From: Octopus sinensis
Lineage: Eukaryota
Assembly: GCF_006345805.1 (NCBI RefSeq)
Contig: NC_043009.1
Coordinates: 3,348,001-3,412,000, forward strand
Reading direction: 5' to 3'
Length of the DNA stretch: 64,000 nt
This document shows, in pieces, positions 52,103 to 64,000 of the stretch (its first letter is position 1; every line of letters begins with the position of its first letter). Made by a program: the position numbers and the translations under genes. The notes beneath the pieces were generated by a model. The model saw only the letters and a list, made by a program, of their open reading frames with translations. It made no database searches and was not told the origin of the DNA.

Positions 52103-53012
52103 CATTATTATTATTATCATCATCATCAACATCGTTATTATTATTATTACTATTATTATTATTATTGGGTTGATGTAATCAGCTATTCCCCTCCCCACAA
52201 ATTTCAGGACTTGTACCTTCAGTAGAAAGGATTATTATTATTATTATTATCATGGCAAGCATCAACACGCTATATCACGGTGAGGTGTTCGTTTCGGAAA
52301 GAAAAGTACAAGAAAAAAATTTACTATCGTACTAACATTATATCACGGTTGAAGGAAGTATTTAGACGAAAAAATTTCCTATCCCGTATAATGAGGTTCA
52401 CATGAAATATTCCGGAGAAATTGTTGATAAAAAAATACAGCAGTATTTTGTCATTAAGTGATCATTAAAGAAAGTATTACCCAAGGGAAAAAATTCTATG
52501 TTCAGATAAACATGCAAAAACAAAATCAACAATAATAAACACAGGTATAATAATAACAGCCATAGTTATTGCTGTTGGTTTCAAATTTTGGCACAATGCC
52601 AGCAATTCCTAAGATAGGGCAAGTCGATTACATTGATTCCCCGAATACATAAAAGGTAAATGCAACCTCGGAGAATTTTGAATTCAGTACGGAAGGACGG
52701 TCGAAATGCCGCTAAGTATTTTCTCGGTGAACTAATGATTCTGCCAGTTCAACGCCCTGCGTTAGTTATTAGTACTATTGTTACTACTAAAGCAGTGAGC
52801 CTGCAGAATGGTTACCAAAGCTGGAGGCAATAGGTAGCATTGTTTCGTACGAATTTACGTTCCGAGATTAAATACCACCTTTGCATTTCATCGTTTCGTA
52901 TTCGATGAGATAAGTACCAGATAAGCACTGTCGTCGATGAGAACGACAACCACCCTTTCCCCAAAGTGCAGACCTTGTGCTTATATTAGAGAGGATTATT
53001 GTTGTTGTTATT

Positions 53013-53102
<90 letters not shown>

Positions 53103-53104
<2 letters not shown>

Positions 53105-53567
53105 CATTTGTACAAGTTGGCTCCAAGACTCACCCAGAGATCTCAAGAGACAACAAGTTTGAAGTTCATGCTGGTGTTATACCTAGGGTGCCATGTATTT
53201 TGTTTTGTATTTAGTGTTGTACTAGTGAATATCTAAAAAACCATACGAAAATTATGTTTGTTTTAAAACTTGAGATTACATAGAAGGTATTTTGCGTAGG
53301 ATATGAGCAGCTCCCATGAGCACTATCTTTTGAATTTCTGCAATTTTTGGATTTCCTGGTATCTGAGTTAGGTAGCAATCAGCCCCTTTTGCTATCATTC
53401 CCTATGACAACAGGTATTGTTTTAGTCTTCAGTTTCCACATTTTGCTGATTTCTATTTTAAAATCTTTATATTTGCTCAGTTTTTGGTAGGTCTTGACAG
53501 ATACGTTTACATCGATTGTGACAGTCATATCAACGGGGAGGCATGGTTTTTGTCTGAAGTCTTTCAA
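53103..53567 (-). mobile_element. Second R4/Dong-like 3' fragment
   Basis: Reverse-complement homolog of ~21800-22270 (DMTVTIDVNVSVKTYQKLSKY..., shared 3' UTR) ending in the (TAA)n array at ~53040-53102. Confidence 0.85.
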
Positions 53568-53991
53568 TACTGGGGTAAAATATACGAGGTCTCGTATACC
53601 CTTCATGACTATCCGTCTGGTAAGGGTACACTAGGAACATGCATCACAACCATATGCGCGTGACATAGTGATCTCATATCAAGATAAGCAGCACAGGAAC
53701 TTGCAGGTGGGGCCCAGTTAGAATTTTCTTCTGGTCGAGTAAGTCATCTCGCTCAAAAGGTCCCTGAATAAGGATTGTTTAAGGATGTTGAATGACCACC
53801 CATGTTTCCAAAGGTGAATTATCCAAACCTCCAAGAATTCCTTTTAACACATGGGTATGATACTCTCCCACTACTTCTGCTCGCGGTCAGAGATACACAT
53901 ATCGTCAGCCACTAAGGGACATGGTCATCTGGTTAAGGTCAAACAACTGACAAGCAAATCTGTGGTGTTGAGCAGAATATTTCCTGTAGCC

Positions 53992-54046
<55 letters not shown>

Positions 54047-54064
54047 CATTATAATCATTATTAA

Positions 54065-54095
<31 letters not shown>

Positions 54096-54150
54096 GTTAT
54101 TGTTATTATTATTTGTAGTATTAGTAGTTGTAGTAGTAGTTGTTGTTGTG

Positions 54151-54207
<57 letters not shown>

Positions 54208-54779
54208 ACATTAATATTATTATTATGGTTTCAAATTTTGGCACAATGTCAGCAATTTTAAGGTGGATTATATACGTTATTATCGAACCCAGTACTTGGT
54301 GGGTACTTAATTTTATCGATCTGGGAGGAAATATATTCAAAGTTGATCTTCACGGTATTTGTATTAAAAACGTCAATACTAAGAACTGCTGTTAACCATT
54401 TTATCCAGCGTCATAACACATTTTTCCAGCTCGTGTCTTTTTATTATTAGACAGAATTGTTCTACTATATTCAAAACATAAATAACTATCACTACAATGT
54501 TAAGCAGAAAGAATATATAACAAGGAGTATGAAAAAATAACAGGTTGAATTTAGGAAAATATATGTTATACGTATATGCTGATACATACAAAAGCGTACG
54601 CACGAATACACACATACACCCATATATGCACACACTCAATGTATATAAAAATATAGATTAAAAAATAGATTAAATATAGATGTAAATATACATGTGTCTA
54701 TATGCACACAAAATTTTATACTTGGAAGCATAATATTAAGGGAATGAAACGAAAGATTATTGATCAAGATGATTCCGGG

Positions 54780-55430
54780 CACTCCCCTATGATATTCATT
54801 TAACCATTTCTGAAATTGTCTTCGTGTGCAACCGAATGCACCAGTGAACATTTGGTGAAAGCTTGATGCTGAAAAACACCAATATTTTGAGGCTATTCTG
54901 TTTTAAGTTCAGTGTAATATTAATAGATTTAATGTTATTAACAATCTGTCTCTTTGCATGTTGTTTATTCTCTAAACGTAACAGTTTTTGTATCCTTATA
55001 AATTCTTTGGAGATTATATGGACCCACAAATGCGAGATTTTGTCTTGTAACTGTTTCTTTGATTTTTCGAAGACCGGTGAATCTTAGTTCATCTTTGTTC
55101 TGTTCATGTTTTCCTGTAATTTCCTGAGAAGGAATTTATTCCTTTGTTGTTCGGAAGACAGTGTTCCCCTTCTAATATTTCTTTATTTTGTAGCTTATTT
55201 CTCTGTAATTCTAATTTTTACATTTCGGATTTTCAACGATCTTTATGAATTTTCATCTGTAGTTATTATTTTTTCTTCATCTCAAGACGCTGTGTTAGAA
55301 CGCGTATTAGTACTATTAGGAGATGAAGGGTTATTTGGCATAAAGATATTTCACTTGTTATCTCCGTAATTTTCATTGGTAATCAACTGGAAATCGGTAT
55401 TTGTTGATCGTTTTGTTGTTGCATTTATTC
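54780..55430 (-). mobile_element. Highly decayed PLE-like fragment
   Basis: Weak RT-thumb-like and GCTRRQFQKWLNE (GIY-YIG-like) segments across several frames. Confidence 0.3.
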
Positions 55431-56171
55431 TTCATTATTTTCGTTGTAATTTTAATGCTTAGGCTTTCCAGCTCGTCCGAGCTTTCCGCTCTATGTATAT
55501 TATTACCGACTCTGAAAGGATGAAAGGGAAAATTGACTTTGGCGAGATTTGAACGTGTAATGCAGAGGGTCAGATTGATTACCGCACGATAATCGATCGG
55601 TCATTTTAACGATGCAGTCAATTCGTATATATATACATTCAAACATTCATACATACATGGATACATACACACATACATACATACAAACCAGAAAGGAGAA
55701 AGCTAATTTAAAGACTACAGATCTAATCCATCACTGGAATTGTAAAAATCTGTAAAACTTGCCAGAAATTTATCATTTAAATACTACATGCATGAGAGCA
55801 CATACATAAAGCCACCACATATAAATCTGCACATATACACACATACAAAGCAACACATAAATATGACCATATACATACATGCAAACACAAATACACTGTT
55901 GTTGTTGAAATTCCAATGAAGGCGCATTCAGTCTAGGTTAGAAACCAGATCTTTCTTTAGTGGAAAGGAATTTCGTCTGTTCTTACGTTCTGAGATGAAA
56001 TTCCGCCGAGATCGACTTTGCTTTTCATCATTTCGGACTCAATAAATTAAGTACCAGTTAAACACTGGAGTCGATGTAATCTACCAGTACCCTCCCTAAA
56101 AATTTGAAATCAATATTGTGGCGTAATTGTGTGTTGCTATTTCGGACGTATATGTGTGTAGATAAAATGTA

Positions 56172-56383
56172 GAGTAATCCCTCACCATATCGCGATTCAC
56201 ATATCGCGGTTTATTATTTAAGATTACGTCGATTCCTCTGGGGTTTGCTTTGTATTTACAATAAAATTAATATATGAAAATAATTTTAAAAATATGCAAT
56301 ACAGTACTGTTTCTACTTCGCGGATTTTCACCAGTCGCGAGGGGCTTTGTAACGTAACACCCGCGATAGTCAAAGGATTACTG
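56172..56383. mobile_element. Tigger/pogo-type MITE
   Basis: TIRs GAGTAATCCCTCACCATATCGCG and CAGTAATCCTTTGACTATCGCG (reverse complement); TA flanks. Confidence 0.65.
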
Positions 56384-57680
56384 TAATGAGACAAAGATCA
56401 ATTTTTGTGCTGCTGATCCTCGACTTTCGAGGGCAGGTCTTACTTAGGCTAATATAGTTCTTACTAGAACTTATTGAAAATCTATTTCTGTAATACATAC
56501 GCAGATTGTGTACCGGAGATAAGCAAAATACCAACAACATTCTTGAAGGCCTGTTTTTCACAGATAAGAAGCACTTGGTACGTGTGTGTGTCTGTATATA
56601 TGCATGTATGCGCGCACGTCTGTAGTGTGTGTGTGAGTGTGTGTGTGAGAGTGTGTGTGTGTGCGCGCGTTTTTTCGTGCGTGCACAGTAGCAAGCCTTG
56701 TAGAATGTAAAGGAATTGTTTTCAGTGAGATGTGATTGGTCTATGCAGTGAGAAGCCTTTCTGACCTCGAACTGCAACACAACACAAAAGAAATAACAAA
56801 TAACCTGATGAACTCACGTAGGATATCAGAGGATATTTAACTATGCTATTGCTAATGAGTGGTAGATAGAAAATATTAAATGTATTATGTTTTTACGATA
56901 TCCAAATTAATAAAGATAGTTTTGATGTATATATATCTCTAACTTACATGTTTAATGTTCGCAAGCTATTTATATTACATTCCATTAATTTGATATACAT
57001 AACCACTAGGCTGAGATACAAATGACAGTGTTGTGAATTTTATTTCTGTATGAGGTGGTTGAAATCATGTAATACGTAACGGGTTTGATAGTGTTTCGTC
57101 TCCGTTTAGGATTGTCCGTGTACTAGTTTAGGTATTACTCGGTATAATGTGTTGCAATTTCGTTGATGATTGAGGAGTTAGAATGACATAAAATGTACAC
57201 GCTCCCCGAAAAACTCAGACGGTTATTCTAAATTATTTATCAGTGAAAGAAGGGTTTACTGTTTCATACCATTTCATTCGTACTTCTGGGCATTAAACTG
57301 CCCATCATTTATTAAACATCAAATAAATGATGGAGTTTTGATCAGAACACAGATATTTAATTTGGCAATTTTACTGGTATTTTAACACGAAAAGAATGTC
57401 TTTTCGAATAAATTTTCAGAAATTTAATTAAATTTTTATGTCTCAAATATTGATTTTGTATCTATATCAACGAATCCGCTGAAATAAGTTCAATATAGAT
57501 AATAATATTAAATATACTAAGCTTTAATTTGTATAACATTTAATATAGCTACAAATAATCGCTTCGGGATAACGAAATTAAAGTGTTGCTCATGTTATAA
57601 CATATAATTCATTTAAATTTCAGATAACATAAAAAATGGGTCAAAAGAGAAGGCACTCTAAATGAGTACAACATTAATTA

Positions 57681-58946
57681 TACAAGGTGCATTCCAGAAG
57701 ATTTGAGACGTTTTTCAGGAGAGACATTTCACAATTTCCAAGATGTGCAATGCTCTAATCTTCTTCAAAACAGGAATATCTGACGTTAGTGCATGCACTT
57801 GTTGTAGCACTCCAAGCACTACATGAAGACTCGATGGATGTCCTTCAAAGTGAAGGGGTCATTCAAGGTCCCTTGGCACAGCCTCATTCATTTTTTCTTT
57901 GTCATTGACGTTATCCTTCAGCTTAACCAACGAACTAAAGTCATCGGAAGAAAGGTCCAGACGGTAGAGAAAGCGAGTGACAATTTTACTGCTAATATCA
58001 GTCAAGTAGTTTGTTACTAAGTTGGGTGAAGGTGCGTAGCCTAGTGGTTAGAGCATTGGGCTCACGCTCATATGGTCGTGAGTTCAATTCCCGGCTACGC
58101 TTTGTATCCTTGAGCAAGACACTTTGTTTCACGTTGCTCCAGTCCACTCAGCTAGTAAAAATGAGTTGTACCTGTATTTCAAAGGGTCAGCCTTGTCACA
58201 CTCTGTGTCACGCTGAATCTCCCTGAGAACTACGTTAAGGATACTCGTGTCTGTGGATTGCTCAGTCACTTGCACGTTAATTTCACGAGCAAGCTGTTCC
58301 GTTGATCGTATCAGCTGGGACCCACGTCGTCGTAACCGACGGAGTGCTCCTACTAGGTTTGAATTATAGACTAGTGCATTGTCCTGGTACAGGTACAACA
58401 GACCCTGGAAGAAGACCTCTAGGCTTCTGCGGTGAAATATCTTCCTAAACCTTCTCAAAACTTCCACATCGTCATCTATATCTACCTGTATCCAGAAGGA
58501 TACCAATGGATGTAGACGATGCCCCTGCTGTTGAAAAAGAGGAACATCTTGACATCCCGGTGAACTTATTTCGTATGGTGTTTCTAGAGTGTGGAGCATC
58601 TAGTATCTTCGATTGACCACTCTCAGTCTACATCATTACAGTAGATCCAGCTTTTGGCACAGGCCATCTGACTTTGAAAGGCCCTTAGATGGTGTTTATG
58701 AGCTCAACCATCTCCCTGGTATCAATAAATCGTTTTCCATTTTGTTCATCACTGTGCACTCTTGGCAAAATCTTTGCATAAATTGTGTGCATGTTCAGAT
58801 CGTCAAGCCTAATTCTGTGTACAGTTGCTTGACCATCTCAAACCCTTTACTTATTGTCATTACAAATACTGCGTTTTTCATTCAGAAAATTGAAAATTCG
58901 CAAATTTTCTAGACCGGCTCTGATATTCTGACGTGCCTCTCACTCT
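57681..58946 (-). mobile_element. Degenerate mariner transposase relic interrupted by a SINE
   Basis: QATVHRIRLDDLNMHTIYAKILPRVHSDEQ, KSWIYCND, MFLFFNSRGIVY, VEVLRRFRK and DLSSDDF..KLK segments; terminus TACAAGGTG at 57681. Confidence 0.75.
58025..58347 (+). mobile_element. SINE family A inserted in the mariner relic
   Basis: Aligns end to end with 22966-23285. Confidence 0.88.
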
Positions 58947-59196
58947 GTTGTATGGACGCCCCCAGACGATGAAGTAGGCTAACCCAATACATGGATATAG
59001 AGGGAGAAGTCTAGATGTCAGGAGTTGAGTAGAGGTCATCGGAACGTGCGTTATAACAGTGGGGGCGACGAGGATGTGATCCACTGTTATATCGCACGTT
59101 CCGATGAACTCTACTCGACTCCCGACGTCTAGACTTCTCCCTCTATACCCACGTATTGGGTTAGCTTACTTCATCGTCTGGGGGCGTCCACACAAC
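58947..59196. repeat. Inverted repeat, 116-bp arms, 18-bp spacer, 9 mismatches
   Basis: Arms 58947-59062 and 59081-59196. Confidence 0.95.
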
Positions 59197-59313
59197 ACAC
59201 TCCCAGCCAACTTGCAAACTGTCTTTACTTCCCAGCTGCATTCAGCAAACTAGTCCGCTAGAACAAACAGTTTTTTGTTGGATAGCAGGACAGCTTAATA
59301 GCTGTATGGTTGT

Positions 59314-59687
59314 GGTACTCCGTCGGTTACGACGACGAGGGTTCCAGCTAATCTGATCAACAGAAATTAACGTGAAATTATCGTGCTCGTGAAATTAACG
59401 TGCAAGTGGCTGAGCACTCCACAGCATAGTTCTCGGGGAGATTCAGCGTAACACAGAGTCTGACAAGACTGTCCCTTTTAAATACAGTTACAACAGAAAC
59501 AGGAGGAAAGAGTGAGAGAAAGTTGTGGTGAAAGAGAAAAGCACGGTTCGCCCCACCCACTGCCGCATCTCGTGGAGCTTTGGGTGTTTTCGCTCAATAA
59601 ACACTCACAACACCCGGTCTGGGAATCAAAACTGCGATCCTACGACCGCGAGTCCGCTCCCCTAACCACTGGGCCATTGCACCTCCA
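59314..59687 (-). mobile_element. SINE with family D head and family A tail
   Basis: Head as in 49642-49953; tail GTCGTCGTAACCGACGGAGT as in 58025-58347. Confidence 0.82.
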
Positions 59688-61204
59688 CAGTTGTATGGTA
59701 ATGCTATACTAAAATTACAGTAATCTTGGACAATTATAATTGCTTTTTCTAAAATATCTCACAACTTCTTATTTGCCCTTCGTTCTTTTAATAATGCTAA
59801 TCAATTCAAAATCTCTTTTGAAGATATTATAATCAAACCTTCAATTACACAATTTTTAAGTAAAAGACCTTCTGTTTGCTGTTTTAGTGTACATCTACGA
59901 GACAAGTACTAAAGGCATGTCCGTTGTGTGAATGTGCTTATACTTATTGGTGATCATCTTAGTATCTAGTGGTGTTATATCTGTGTGGTAGGTTATTTTT
60001 TAACACGGAAATAAATCTGTACGCGATACATACATTCATGACATAACGCAGTATATTAGTAAATAGATATCATTAACACTCTTACCTTAAAGTAACATAA
60101 TGCAGTATCCATGATTCTTTTTTAGGATCTCTGATAGCCGAGGCAGGGAAGAAGATATCATCAAACCGGATTCAACCTCGAAAGTTAGCAACAAAATGAG
60201 GTCCCCTAAATGCGACTGAGGGACATATGTGGTAGTGTTAGACGAAACAACCAATTAAATCTATCAGCAAAGTAGGCTATGATTTGAACATAAAACGCAT
60301 AAATCCTAAAGAAATATCGTAAGAAATCAATCCAAAACGCTAAAACATCAACACCGGTGTACGTTATAAACATTCATCGGACCAGAAAAATGAATAGCGA
60401 AGTTGAACTCCGAACTCAGAAGGAAGAATTGAATGAGAATAGCCTTCTTAGAATGAAAGGCTCACACGTAAGAAATTATTTTCTCTGATGCAAAATACCT
60501 CTTCTCACAATCCCTGCTGCCAAGTCGTTTTATACTTCCTGCAAAGTAAAGTAGATGCTGAGAGCAATACATTTATAGTAAAAGAAAAGAGTAAGAATGT
60601 AAGACATATATGTGTAGTTCAATGGAATTTTGTACCAAGAATTTCTGTAAAAAGAAGCAATTACATAAGGTTGAATAATTGTCGATACGTCCCTGGAAGA
60701 CGGTACCCTTCCATTTGCATACTATGATGATTAAACCAGTAAAGTGACAATAAAACTTAAATATGGAAGTGAATTGTGAACATATTTACATGTTTTCATC
60801 GACTAGTCGAACAGGTTTTATGAACCTATTCGATTACACTCGCTCATTCATATAATAGTACAACTGTTTTTATGTATAAAAAACTCATCCTTAACATTAA
60901 GTATCTCCGCCCACATTAAAAATCTCTGCCCGCATTAAGAATCTCTACCCAATTGTTATCTTAATTAAAATAATTGTAAATATCATGTTTACTTTGATGA
61001 TATGACCTTATTTTTCTGATGCAGAACAATCGACATTTAATGGGGTTTTTTTCATTAATGCGTATATTCATGCACGTGATAGTAAACGTACAACCTGGAC
61101 TTAAATGATATCGGTTAGATGTGAAAGCAAACCAAAACTAATCCAGAGCATCTCATATAACATACGTATATGTTGCTAGTAAAACCGACTTAATATTTGT
61201 CATA

Positions 61205-61765
61205 ATTTAAGGCGGCGAGCTGGCAGAAACGTTAGCACGCCGGGCGAAATGCATAGCCGTATTTCGTCTGCCGTTACGTTCTTAGCTCAAATTTCCGCTG
61301 AGGTCGACTTTGCCTTTCATCCTTTTGGGGGTCGATAAAGTAAATACCATTTGCGCACTTGGGTCGATATAATCGACTTAATCCGTTTGTCTGTCCATGT
61401 TTGTGCGGTCTGTGTGTAGCCCCTTGTGGGCAGTAAAGAAATAGGTATTTCGTCTGTCTTTACGTTCTGAGTTCAAATTCCGCCGAGGTAGACTTTGCCT
61501 TTCATCTTTTCGGAACGATGAAATAAGTACCAGTTGCGAACTGGGGTCGATATAATCGACTTAATCCGTTTGTCTTTCCTTGTTTGTCCCTTCTGTGTTT
61601 AGCCCCTTGTGGGTAGTAAAGAAATACGTATTTTGCCTGTCTTTATGTCACCGAGGTCGACTTTGCCATTCATCCTTTCGAGGTCGATAAAATAAATATC
61701 TGGGGTTGATCTAATCGACTGGCACCCTCCCCAAAAATTTCGGTCCTTGTGCCTAGAGTAGAAAA
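61205..61765 (+). mobile_element. SINE family C trimer (head-[body-tail2]x2-body-tail1)
   Basis: Three bodies; single TSD TAATATTTGTCATA at 61191-61204 and 61766-61779. Confidence 0.85.
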
Positions 61766-62098
61766 TAATATTTGTCATAGTCGTTATTTCAGTGAGCATT
61801 AAGACATACGATGAAATGAAAAACATATACGATGCAAAGAAGACAATGACAAATATATCATTGACGATTACACGTGTGCGATAAAAAAAGCAAAAAACAT
61901 CTTGAATGGTAGAGGCTTTCACATGTTATTTTGCAATAGACTTCACAGTATCAGCAGAAGTGGAGTGAAAATAACTCCGCGAATATAGAAGAGTTTACAC
62001 ATGCAGTCATAGGTAAATTGAAATGTCATGGAAAGCAAATCACCCTCGGACCCTGCATTAACACCAAAGTCTTTTTTTTTTATTAACGAGCTTTTTTT

Positions 62099-62484
62099 TT
62101 TACTTGTTTCAGTCATTTGGCTGCGGCCATGCTGGAGCACCGCCTTTGGTCGAGCAAATCGACCCCGGGACTTATTCTTTGTAATCCCAGTACTTATTTT
62201 ATTGGTTCTTTTGCCAAACCGCTAAGTGACGGGGATGTAAACACACCAGCATCGGTTGTCAAGCAATGCTAGGGAGACAAACACAGACACACAAACACAC
62301 ACACATATATATATATATATATACGACGGGCTTCTTTCAGTTTCCGTCTACCAAATCCACTCACAAGGCATTAGTCGGCCTGGGCTATAGCAGAAGACAC
62401 TTGCCCAACATGCCACGCAGTGGGACTGAACCCGGAACCATGTGGTTGGTAGCAAGCTACTTACCACACAGCCACTCCTGCGCC
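62099..62484 (-). mobile_element. Full-length SINE family B with internal microsatellite
   Basis: Head, then (TA)(TG)n, then tail GGTGCTCCAGCATGGCCGCAGCCAAATGACTGAAACAAGTAAA. Confidence 0.87.
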
Positions 62485-62711
62485 TTAAGCTTAGTCTTAA
62501 TCACATATCAAAACGTGATCTCGAATATTTAATTCCTTAGCCACTTTTGGGACTGCTAGATTAAATTTATTCAAACTTATTTAGCTATTATTTTCTGAGG
62601 GAGATGATGAGTATGCCTATCATATTCTCCGATAATTCCCTAAATGTTCATTTACTAAAAAATGTATAATTATGTGTGTGTGTATATGTGTATGTGTGTA
62701 TATATGTATAT

Positions 62712-62816
<105 letters not shown>

Positions 62817-62831
62817 CACACGCACATATAC

Positions 62832-62862
<31 letters not shown>

Positions 62863-63692
62863 CATACACACACACATATACATATATATACATATATATA
62901 TATATAATGTTTCATTCCTCATTGTTTCCTATTTTTATTTCACCTTCAAATGCAGAGCTGTGCTTTTGTATATAAGCGACTTAGGCGATTGGTGCATATA
63001 TTGTTTCCGTGCATGACACATAACGGCTAACGCAACGGCGTTATGTTATATATAAGTCAAGTGTCTATCATTATTGAATATAAAATCTAGAAAATTGATG
63101 TTCTCTTTCGTATAAACACTCTCTCTCTCCCACACTGTCTGTCTGTCTCTCACTCTCTCTATCTCTCTCTCTCTCTCACATACAGAGTACTATTCAGTCG
63201 ACTATAGAACAAGTCATTTCCTGGTCATTACGTGAAAAGAACATCGAGAGAGCCATCATCCGGAGTAACCAACAGTTCAAGTAATAAGGAAGTTAGGGTC
63301 GTGAATACAGTGGTTGTGTTGCGATAGTCATAAATCAATGTCCAATCTATGCCCTAACTCTCGGCATCACGCTCTAAAATTGTTATTGTCAAAGTGTCTG
63401 CGAACAAAAAAAAAAAAAAGAAAGAGAAAAGAAAATCAAGGAAGCGTTACCATAACTACTAAACATTATGAGATCCATTGCGAAGCGAATATTATACCAA
63501 TATAGACTTATAACAAAAATGCACCAAGGCATAAATATCCATGGCATTAGTTTGATTGGATACGTTATTGATTGATAATATTGTCCTCTTGTTAGTTCCA
63601 ATTGAATTAAAAGACTTAATGGCTATCCATATAGCACCCATCTCATGTACAAATACATAAATGTAACATATATATATATAGATATAAATCAG

Positions 63693-63727
<35 letters not shown>

Positions 63728-63928
63728 TATATATATACATAGAGATATATATATATATACATACACGCATATGTGTACACACACACGCGCGTATATATAC
63801 GTATATATATATATATATGTGTGTGTGTGTCTATGTTTACGTATGTATTTGTGTTTACAATAGAAGTAACTTAATATTCATGTTACCGTTTAGCCGTATA
63901 CATACATACATATATACATATGTTTAAA

Positions 63929-63961
<33 letters not shown>

Positions 63962-64000
63962 CGTGTTTGAATGTGTATGTACATATTTACATAAATGTAC

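Noticed and set aside
53575-53990. Non-microsatellite, repeat-like block between the Dong fragment and (ATT)n
   Set aside because: Probably an interspersed repeat, but it is single-copy in the window with no diagnostic motif, so it cannot be classified.
60126-60218. Possible exon after a TTTTTTAG acceptor
   Set aside because: Short unrecognisable peptide, no convincing donor site.
60901-60955. Three ~19-bp degenerate tandem units (ATCTC.GCCC.CATTAA)
   Set aside because: Short minisatellite with no further structure.

Overview
AT-rich, microsatellite-saturated metazoan intergenic or intronic DNA. The SINE families resemble those I recall from octopus genomes, so that taxon is an inference. 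No host protein-coding gene is supportable; most ORF-track entries are translated (TA)n/(CA)n/(ATT)n/(AGT)n repeats. The window is a nested transposon landscape containing: (i) a full-length 5.25-kb Tx1/L1-type LINE on the minus strand with a 16-bp TSD; (ii) a tandem of ORF1-only, half-LINE-like Tx1 relatives next to a 100-N gap; (iii) remnants of R4/Dong, HERO-like, RTE and Penelope-like (PLE) retroelements; (iv) two mariner relics and MITEs; (v) several modular tRNA-derived SINE families; (vi) one intron-containing tRNA-Leu(CAA) with a damaged T-arm. The most interesting signals are: many hammerhead-ribozyme motifs, including one behind a tRNA-like Pol III head and one inside a perfect 324-bp palindrome; a 3' tail shared by the Tx1-type elements and a SINE that forms nested arrays; and an inverted duplication within a mariner relic. 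Frequent single-base frameshifts could be long-read consensus errors. All calls were made by eye; element ends are approximate unless a TSD or TIR is given.
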